Source: a virus. From it: 64,000 nt of DNA. The position numbers were made by a program, and so were the translations under genes. Below, one piece after another: positions 57,169 to 64,000 of this stretch (its first letter is position 1; each line of letters opens with the position of its first letter). Under the pieces are notes generated by a model, which was given only the letters and a program-made list of their open reading frames with translations, was not told where the DNA came from and made no database searches. The stretch spans positions 1-64,000 of IMG/VR virus record IMGVR_UViG_3300025896_001356; one strand, 5' to 3'.

Positions 57169-57174
57169 TATAAT
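57146..57174 (+). promoter_or_regulatory. sigma70-type promoter for def-clpA
   Basis: TTGACT-17 nt-TATAAT. Confidence 0.75.
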
Positions 57175-57180
57175 AATCAT

Positions 57181-57675
57181 ATGTTAGAAATTATCCCTGA
57201 AACCCACCCTATCCTATCAATTGAAATTCCGCCTGTTGATCCTGAAACCAATGTAGAACATCTAAGCAAAGAGATGTTTATGATTATGTGGCTCAATGGA
57301 GGCATTGGCCTAGCTGCCCCTCAAGTTGGAATGGCTGTACGTATGTTTGTTATGGGTCCACAAGAAGGCCCAAACTACGTATGCATCAATCCTGAAATTG
57401 TTGCAACAAGTGAGGATCAAACTATCGCCTTAGAAGGGTGTTTATCGTACCCTGCCTTGTGGTTAAATATCAAGAGGCCAAGTTGGGTGCAAGCAAGATA
57501 CACTACACTCGACGGGCAAGTGGTAGAGAAGAAGTTTGAAGGATTGTTGGCAAGATGCTACATTCATGAGTTAGAACATCTTAATGGTGTATTATTTACA
57601 AAGCGTAGTTCTGCATTGGGACTACGACTTGCAAGAGCACGTCAGCAAAAGAAATTGCGTAAAATTAAAGGTTAA
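57181..57675 (+). CDS. def: peptide deformylase
   Basis: GIGLAAPQVG, EGCLS, HELEHLNG. Confidence 0.95.
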   Translation: MLEIIPETHPILSIEIPPVDPETNVEHLSKEMFMIMWLNGGIGLAAPQVGMAVRMFVMGPQEGPNYVCINPEIVATSEDQTIALEGCLSYPALWLNIKRPSWVQARYTTLDGQVVEKKFEGLLARCYIHELEHLNGVLFTKRSSALGLRLARARQQKKLRKIKG

Positions 57676-57676
57676 T

Positions 57677-59890
57677 ATGAGTCAAGAAGAAAACAACGGT
57701 AAGATTAATGAAGTGATTGCTCGTGCTTTTCAAGAGGCACTCAATCGTGAACATGAATATGTTACACTAGAGCACATCTTGCGTGTCATGCTCGATGAAG
57801 ATGAGATTAAAGAAGTACTTGCTGAACTTCAGGTTGATGTATCAACCTTGCGCGATGAAATTGACAACTGGCTGCGGGCGCAAGAAGACATGCGAGTTGA
57901 AGGTGTTACCAAACCGCGCAAGACTGCAACACTTGAACGATGTTTCAATCGTGCATATACTCAAGCAATCTTTACTGGCCGTGGCCATATGGAGCCGCTT
58001 GATTTGCTTATTAGTATTGCAGCAGAAAAGAATAGCTATGCAAACTACTTCCTGGCAAAAAATGGCATTACAAAAGATGCAATTATCGCTTACGTATCAA
58101 AGTTAAAAGACGGTAAGAGCAAAGAAAGTAAAGGTGCAAAGAAACGTGATAGCGAAAAGATTCTTTCTAAGTACACTACTAACTTGAACAAAGAAGCAGA
58201 GAAGCAACAGATTGATCCGCTAATTGGGCGCGAAAAAGAAGTGTTCCGTCTAGCACAGACACTAACACGTAAAAAGAAGAATAACGTAATTATGGTAGGC
58301 GAGCCTGGCGTAGGTAAGACTGCTATTGTTGAAGGACTTGCTGTTGCTATTGTGCGTAATGAAGTGCCCGAAGTTCTTAAAGGTAAAACAATTTATAGTT
58401 TGGAGATTGGTAAGCTACTTGCTGGTACCAAGTACCGCGGTGACTTTGAAGAACGTATGCAGAATGTGCTTGATGCACTTGAAGAACGTGATGACATTAT
58501 TTTGTTCATCGACGAGATTCATATGATTATGGGTGCTGGTAGCAGCGGCCAAGGTAGTATGGACGTTGCTAACTTGCTTAAACCAGCACTGGAAAAAGGC
58601 AAGCTACGTTGCGTTGGTAGTACAACATACGAAGAGTTTCGTTCACACTTTGAGAAAGATCGTGCATTGCTGCGCCGCTTTACAAAAGTTGACGTTAACG
58701 AACCAAGCGTAGAAGAAGCACGATTGATGCTTCGACGAGTTGCTCCATTATATGCAAAGTTCCATGACTTAACTATTAATGATGAAGCAGTTGATCTTGC
58801 AATTGATTTGTCTATGAAGTACATGCTTGATCGTAAGTTGCCAGACAAAGCTATTGATATCATTGATGCGTCAATGGCACGTATGCGAGTATCAAATGCC
58901 GTTAAAGGCGCTGAAGTTACCAAAGATAATATCCGTCAAGAGATCAGCGACTTGACTCGTGTTCCAATTGAACAACTTGGTGAACAAAAAGGTGTTGCAG
59001 TTACTGAACTTGAAAGCCGTATGCGTACAAACGTATTTGGTCAAGATGATGCAATTGAACGCTTGATGAACATGGTGTACATTGCCAAGTCTGGATTGAA
59101 AGAAGTAAATCGTCCAATGGCTAACTTCTTGTTTGTTGGTCCAACTGGTACTGGTAAAACAGAACTTGCAAATCAACTTGCTGAAGGCTTGGGCATGGAA
59201 GTTGTGCGCTTTGATATGAGTGAATACAAAGAGTCGCATAAGATTGCTTCATTGATTGGTAGCCCTCCTGGTTACGTGGGTTACGGTGAAGGCAAAGCTG
59301 GTTCCGGTAAGTTGATCAATGAACTTGAGCGTGTTCCTAATTGTGTATTGCTGTTTGACGAGATTGAAAAAGCTCACCCCGATGTTATCCAAGTATTACT
59401 TGGCTTAATGGATAATGGTATTGTTACTGGTTCTGATAACAAACAAGCCAGTGCTCGCAATGCCTTTGTTATCTTAACAAGTAACTTGGGTGCAGTTGAT
59501 AGCGAGAAACAAGTAATTGGATTTGGATCTGGCTTAAATGAATCTGCAAGTGACGATGCTGTTAAACGCTTCTTCTCCCCAGAGTTCCGCAATCGTTTAG
59601 ATGCAACAGTTAAATTCAATCGTTTGCCAAAAGATGTTATTCGACGAGTTGCTGATAAGTTTATGAATCAAATTCGTGAACAGTTGATTGCACAAAATCA
59701 ATCTATTACAATTGATGATTCTGCACTTGACTATCTGGCTGCTAACGGTTACAGTGAAACAATGGGCGCTCGACCAATGAAGCGATTGATTAACGAAGAG
59801 ATTCGATTGCCAGTTGCTAAACGCATTATCAAGGACGGGATGCATACTCACCACGTTAGTAGTGATGGTGAGAAACTTGTAATCTCATAA
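57677..59890 (+). CDS. clpA: ATP-dependent Clp protease ATP-binding subunit ClpA
   Basis: HEYVTLEH N-domain; two AAA+ modules ([16 protein letters not shown]); KYRG and GYVG pore loops; IGF loop. Confidence 0.95.
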   Translation: MSQEENNGKINEVIARAFQEALNREHEYVTLEHILRVMLDEDEIKEVLAELQVDVSTLRDEIDNWLRAQEDMRVEGVTKPRKTATLERCFNRAYTQAIFTGRGHMEPLDLLISIAAEKNSYANYFLAKNGITKDAIIAYVSKLKDGKSKESKGAKKRDSEKILSKYTTNLNKEAEKQQIDPLIGREKEVFRLAQTLTRKKKNNVIMVGEPGVGKTAIVEGLAVAIVRNEVPEVLKGKTIYSLEIGKLLAGTKYRGDFEERMQNVLDALEERDDIILFIDEIHMIMGAGSSGQGSMDVANLLKPALEKGKLRCVGSTTYEEFRSHFEKDRALLRRFTKVDVNEPSVEEARLMLRRVAPLYAKFHDLTINDEAVDLAIDLSMKYMLDRKLPDKAIDIIDASMARMRVSNAVKGAEVTKDNIRQEISDLTRVPIEQLGEQKGVAVTELESRMRTNVFGQDDAIERLMNMVYIAKSGLKEVNRPMANFLFVGPTGTGKTELANQLAEGLGMEVVRFDMSEYKESHKIASLIGSPPGYVGYGEGKAGSGKLINELERVPNCVLLFDEIEKAHPDVIQVLLGLMDNGIVTGSDNKQASARNAFVILTSNLGAVDSEKQVIGFGSGLNESASDDAVKRFFSPEFRNRLDATVKFNRLPKDVIRRVADKFMNQIREQLIAQNQSITIDDSALDYLAANGYSETMGARPMKRLINEEIRLPVAKRIIKDGMHTHHVSSDGEKLVIS

Positions 59891-60513
59891 TGAAAGAGCA
59901 TTTAACTCAGCGGCTGTTTTGGAAGAAATGGCCGTTTAAAGCAATTATACAAATTCAGACTAATCGTGGCTCATATGATTGGAGACTTACTAAGCTGCAA
60001 GCCCAGGCGAGGCGGTCTGAGTTTGTAGTTTTAAAGGAGTGGACTGCTTCGCATTTTCCCAATTCGGGAACTCGATGTGAAACAAATTTCAGTGTATTTT
60101 TACACACTGAAGAAGAACTAAACGAACTGCTTGACTACTACGGACACAAGGTAATTGATGTTTGGAAGCCTGAATCACAATCTACAATGGATACATTATT
60201 AGAGCATACTTTTGATGTTGTCCGTGCTAAGCCATGGTACGGACAATATCCCATTCGTGCCCGTATTCCGTTTACCACTGAGTTTAGAACCGAAGGCTTT
60301 AAAACTTTACAAACATCACTCGAGTCTATTGCTAAAGATGCGTGGCACTGCAATGGAATGTTAAAAGATATGATGATCCGAGTGAATCCTCCGCGGCTTT
60401 ATAGCTGGGGGCAACCGTTGCATTTATATCTAAGTTCCAATGATGATGCTGCAATGCTGCGATTATTGTGCGGCCACCTTATTGAACGATTCGAGAGAAT
60501 TAGAGCACCATAA
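59890..60513 (+). CDS. hypothetical protein
   Basis: 207-aa coupled ORF. Confidence 0.75.
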   Translation: MKEHLTQRLFWKKWPFKAIIQIQTNRGSYDWRLTKLQAQARRSEFVVLKEWTASHFPNSGTRCETNFSVFLHTEEELNELLDYYGHKVIDVWKPESQSTMDTLLEHTFDVVRAKPWYGQYPIRARIPFTTEFRTEGFKTLQTSLESIAKDAWHCNGMLKDMMIRVNPPRLYSWGQPLHLYLSSNDDAAMLRLLCGHLIERFERIRAP

Positions 60514-60535
60514 TAGACTATCCATCCTAAACAAC

Positions 60536-60566
60536 GCCTCCAGCTAAATATAGTTGGAGGCTTTTT
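60536..60566 (+). terminator. terminator hairpin with a TAAATA late-promoter motif at the apex and the SD in the 3' arm
   Basis: GCCTCCAGCTA-AATA-TAGTTGGAGGC-TTTTT. Confidence 0.75.
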
Positions 60567-60567
60567 A

Positions 60568-60732
60568 ATGGCAAAAATACACGAAGAACTGATCATAATC
60601 AAGATTAGTAAACTATATAAAGACGGATTGAGTGGTGGTACACTCATCAATGAAGACACTACATCCAGCTTAGAAGCAGTTGTACAACAGTTAGTTGGCG
60701 ACGATGTTGTTGTAGAAATCATCAAGGAATAA
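60568..60732 (+). CDS. small hypothetical protein (54 aa, not in the ORF track)
   Basis: MAKIHEELIIIKISKLYKDG...LEAVVQQLVGDDVVVEIIKE*; GGAGG RBS. Confidence 0.75.
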   Translation: MAKIHEELIIIKISKLYKDGLSGGTLINEDTTSSLEAVVQQLVGDDVVVEIIKE

Positions 60733-60736
60733 TACT

Positions 60737-61102
60737 ATGAGTATGCGTAGTCAAAATATGTTAATCGCCAATGGTGAGTTAGATCAAGTTGGTCTAGCTG
60801 CTCGCGGCGATGGCTACTATGGATATGCAGGCGGCTTGCATACTATAGGGTTTTATTTAAAGAATTTTATCGGACGTATCTACGTAGATGCATCCTTAAG
60901 CGACAATCCCGGGGACAATGATTGGTTTCCGATCGCCCTAGGCGACTTAGAATTTGCCGACTTTGATTCAGCAATGACCGGAATTGAAACATTTAACATT
61001 GTAGGAAACTTTGTTTATCTGCGAGCAAAGATCAAGCGAAGTCACTTAAATCAACCAGTTAGTGCATTAGGTACTTGTGAAAAGGTTGTACTAAGTCTTT
61101 AA
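60737..61102 (+). CDS. putative virion-associated protein
   Basis: Beta-rich 121 aa at the head of the structural operon. Confidence 0.6.
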   Translation: MSMRSQNMLIANGELDQVGLAARGDGYYGYAGGLHTIGFYLKNFIGRIYVDASLSDNPGDNDWFPIALGDLEFADFDSAMTGIETFNIVGNFVYLRAKIKRSHLNQPVSALGTCEKVVLSL

Positions 61103-61117
61103 GACAAAGGAAATAAT

Positions 61118-63079
61118 ATGGGAATTAGAGCAAGCTCAGGTGGTCAGTTAGGTTTCGGAGGTACTTCTGGCGGCACCAGTACAGGCCTAACTATCGAACA
61201 AGTGCAAGATATTCTGTCAGAAGCAATTACTACAACTGATACAGTACAAGGCATTACACTAACATCAACATATGATGATATAACTGGTAAACTTAGAATA
61301 AGTTTAGGTACTCCAATAGATGCACCAATTGCAGGGATTGTCCCTGCAAGTATCGAAGTTGCAAAAACTGGTGTCACAATTGGTGCTGCAAAGGGATTTA
61401 ACTTTGCTGGGCCAGGAGTTGGTGTCATTAGTATTGTTGATGATGTTGCAACGATTAACATTACTGGCGGTGGCGGTGGTGGTGCTGGCATTGGTATTGC
61501 TAATGTTGTCATTGATAGCAACGGACATTTAAAAGTATCATTGGATGATGGTAACATCATTGATGCTGGTGTTGCTCGTGGCACACAGGGTATCAAAGGT
61601 GATACTGGTTTACAAGGGCCGCAGGGTTTAGTTGGCCCTCAGGGCGTACCTGGTATCAAGGGTGATACTGGTTTACAAGGCGTACCTGGTATCAAAGGTG
61701 ATACTGGTTTACAAGGTGCCCAGGGAAATACAGGGCGCGGTGTAGCTGCTACTGTAATTGACAGTGATGGCAATTTACAAATTTCATTAACTGATGGCAG
61801 TATTGTTACTGCTGGTCATGTTGTTGGTCCACAAGGTATACAGGGCGCCCAGGGTGTTCCTGGCATTGCTGGTTTAAAAGGCGACACTGGTCTACAAGGA
61901 TTGCCAGGTGCTGCAGGTAGTCCAGGAGTGCAGGGTGTGCCAGGTGCCGATGGTGCGCAGGGTAGTACAGGTGCAACTGGCGCAAGTGTTAGTGCAGGGG
62001 CAGTAGTAAATGGTCATTTGATTATTACTAAGACCGATGGCGCAACAATCGACGCTGGTAGCGTAGTTGGGCCGCAGGGTGTTCAGGGTGTACAAGGTGT
62101 CAAGGGCGACACTGGCACGCAAGGTGCAGCAGGTGTTAGCTATACTCTTAATAATAAAAGCGGCCAAGTGCAAGTATTTGGGTTATCAACTACTACACAG
62201 CCCGGCTACGATTTAGAAGTTGATCTTGCTAACAAAGCAAACAAACTTACAACATCACGTAATATTGCATTGTCTGGTAAAGTAACTGGTCTAACTACAT
62301 TTGACGGTAGTGGTAACGTTACTATGCTTACATCATTAAATGGTGTAACTACCAATGATGTTGCTGAAGGTACAAACCAATATTTTACAAATGCAAGAGC
62401 ACGGGCTGCATTAAGCGCAAGTACTGGCCTAAGTTATAATAGTGCAACTGGCGTAATGTCATTGAACGCTAATAGCGATCAGCTTAACGAAGGTACAAAC
62501 AATTTATACTTTACCAATAATAGATTTGATAACAGATTAGGACAAAGTACGTTATCACAGTTTTCAGACGTTGCTAACGTTACGCCTACTACTGGCCAAG
62601 CATTGGTATGGAATGGTAATACTTGGACTCCTGGTACTGTTGCCAGCGGCGCTGGTACAACTGCTGGATCAAGTTCTGGTTTATTTAAAGCAACTGTTCA
62701 AGTTGAATATGATGCAAGCGGTAACCTAAGCAATGTGAGTATTTTAAACGGTGGCATTAGTGCAGTTATTACAACTGCAACTTCTACATCGGCTACAGTA
62801 ACTTTTACATTCACTGGCAGTACTTGTTCCCCAATGGGTATTCAAGTGTATGGATATCAACGCACAAACAATGTATATGTAACTCGTGCATTAGCAAGTG
62901 ATTTTCCAACAAGAACTGTAGCAGCAGGTGGAGTATCAGGTGCGCCAACTACGTTCAGTGCGTTTGATGCGACTGCTAACACAATGACTCTTGGATTGAC
63001 CAAGGCTGTTACAGGTGCAAGTGCTGGCATTGGCCAGACTACCCATTGTGTATTGCAATTCTTACTAAGTTCAATCTAA
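61118..63079 (+). CDS. collagen-like tail/whisker fibre protein
   Basis: Three Gly-X-Y tracts separated by GHL.I...DG..IDAG modules; two EGT.N.YFTN.R repeats; G/T/S-rich. Confidence 0.85.
   Translation: MGIRASSGGQLGFGGTSGGTSTGLTIEQVQDILSEAITTTDTVQGITLTSTYDDITGKLRISLGTPIDAPIAGIVPASIEVAKTGVTIGAAKGFNFAGPGVGVISIVDDVATINITGGGGGGAGIGIANVVIDSNGHLKVSLDDGNIIDAGVARGTQGIKGDTGLQGPQGLVGPQGVPGIKGDTGLQGVPGIKGDTGLQGAQGNTGRGVAATVIDSDGNLQISLTDGSIVTAGHVVGPQGIQGAQGVPGIAGLKGDTGLQGLPGAAGSPGVQGVPGADGAQGSTGATGASVSAGAVVNGHLIITKTDGATIDAGSVVGPQGVQGVQGVKGDTGTQGAAGVSYTLNNKSGQVQVFGLSTTTQPGYDLEVDLANKANKLTTSRNIALSGKVTGLTTFDGSGNVTMLTSLNGVTTNDVAEGTNQYFTNARARAALSASTGLSYNSATGVMSLNANSDQLNEGTNNLYFTNNRFDNRLGQSTLSQFSDVANVTPTTGQALVWNGNTWTPGTVASGAGTTAGSSSGLFKATVQVEYDASGNLSNVSILNGGISAVITTATSTSATVTFTFTGSTCSPMGIQVYGYQRTNNVYVTRALASDFPTRTVAAGGVSGAPTTFSAFDATANTMTLGLTKAVTGASAGIGQTTHCVLQFLLSSI
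61643..61714 (+). repeat. 36-bp tandem duplication (GVPGIKGDTGLQ x2)
   Basis: GGCGTACCTGGTATCAARGGTGATACTGGTTTACAA twice, with a partial third copy at 61589. Confidence 0.9.
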
Positions 63080-63087
63080 GGAATAAC

Positions 63088-64000
63088 ATGACAATTAATG
63101 CATGGAAAACAAACTTCATTGGATTAAACAAACCAGCAAAAGTGCTTTCAGGCAGTGCTGACTCGTTTGTTAGTTTAGACTTGTGGCCATATGCAAATGG
63201 TATTGATGATCCATATTGGAGCGGTGGCACAAATCCACAATTTTATCGTTGGCAAGTCAAGTTCACTGTCAATGAACGTCAACACGGATCACACTTGACT
63301 CGTACCCCGTTTAGATTTAATGCACAAGATATTGAAGTTGGTGACTTTGTTGCTGGCGCACAAGATGGCAAAGTTTGTCAGATCATGAGTATCATATCTA
63401 AAACTGACAGCGAAATTGTTGCTATTGTAGAAGATAGATTGCGATATAATACATTTCGTGATACAGCAGGTTTTGGGCTGTTCTCAACTCCGGGCACTGT
63501 TATATTTTTTCAAATCAATGAACTCGGCTATCCAATGTTGGATCCAGTTCCTGGTGAAGCAGCAGCTGATTTTGCAAGTAATGTAATGAGTCGCTTTCAA
63601 TATTTGAATCCATTAATTAACTATCTATTAGAAAAGACAGATAACGGATTTGAACAAGGTGACGCTATCTGTATCGAAGCTGAACAATTTGTATTAAGTA
63701 ATTCAGACAACGTAAGTAAGTTCATTGGAACTGTAGTACATCCGGGGCCAGGGCCTCATCAATTCATCCTGCGGCCCGCAAACGGAGTCATTGACTTTGT
63801 TGCAAACTTGCCTGGCGCAGTAGGTGATTACATTTATCCAAGCATAGATGGTACTGGTGATCTGACAACAAGTGATGTTAGTCGTCGACCAATTTACATG
63901 AAAGTTGCAAAAGCATTAACCAGTGCAACCACAGGTGTTGGGGTTAACCCACACGGAGTAGCTGGGGATATTATCGAATTCAATCGAATCCAAATGCCTC
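63088..64000 (+). CDS. large putative virion structural protein (3'-truncated by the window)
   Basis: Open frame MTINAWKTNFIGLNKPAKVLSGS... running to the window end; TAAGGA RBS. Confidence 0.75.
   Translation, partial: MTINAWKTNFIGLNKPAKVLSGSADSFVSLDLWPYANGIDDPYWSGGTNPQFYRWQVKFTVNERQHGSHLTRTPFRFNAQDIEVGDFVAGAQDGKVCQIMSIISKTDSEIVAIVEDRLRYNTFRDTAGFGLFSTPGTVIFFQINELGYPMLDPVPGEAAADFASNVMSRFQYLNPLINYLLEKTDNGFEQGDAICIEAEQFVLSNSDNVSKFIGTVVHPGPGPHQFILRPANGVIDFVANLPGAVGDYIYPSIDGTGDLTTSDVSRRPIYMKVAKALTSATTGVGVNPHGVAGDIIEFNRIQMP

Noticed and set aside
1830-63230. Numerous 60-150 aa antisense or alternate-frame ORFs in the track
   Set aside because: They lie inside well-supported genes and have no RBS or motifs; treated as shadow ORFs.
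1-64000. Bacterial chromosome origin (clpX, clpA, infA, rpsU, def, apt)
   Set aside because: These genes are out of bacterial operon context and interspersed with a gp44-like clamp loader, spanins, a homing endonuclease, fibres and many tiny coupled ORFs, which is typical of large phages.
1-64000. Stop-codon reassignment
   Set aside because: Conserved genes are full length in the standard code, and TAA, TGA and TAG all end genes at sensible positions.
1-64000. CRISPR array, tRNA or rRNA genes
   Set aside because: No regularly spaced repeats or cloverleaf with a T-loop consensus seen by eye, and intergenic gaps are short. A tRNAscan/CRISPR scan was not run.

Overview
64 kb of a large (jumbo-type) lytic dsDNA phage genome, most likely infecting a Gram-negative proteobacterium. 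It is gene-dense, almost entirely + strand and uses the standard genetic code. From left to right: (1) the 3' end of an ATP-dependent DNA ligase; (2) a ~17 kb tailoring-enzyme island with eight tandem N-terminal-twitch radical SAM genes in an AABB-methyltransferase-AABB order, a ninth radical SAM, three SGNH-like proteins, a NodU/CmcH carbamoyltransferase and a 33-aa PFIY micropeptide; (3) a secreted nuclease, a SleB-type hydrolase, ClpX, bS21, Hsp20 (ROSE-like thermometer leader) and ClpS; (4) a group of Fe(II)/2OG-type oxygenases with a QueC-like protein; (5) an early region of small ORFs behind repeated consensus sigma70 promoters, containing apt plus MTA/SAH nucleosidase, TauD, HNH, a ParB/DGQH plus GIY-YIG pair, dCMP deaminase, a GIY-YIG homing endonuclease, QueD with a riboswitch-like leader, ErpA, a split DnaE piece and GroES; (6) clamp loader, PhoH, IF-1, spanins, DnaJ, peptide deformylase and ClpA; (7) the start of the late structural region (collagen-like fibre). 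The best candidate for an undescribed system is the radical SAM/carbamoyl/SGNH island with its apparent support genes (SAM by-product salvage, Fe-S carrier, oxygenases). All family assignments come from reading motifs by eye; no database searches were run.
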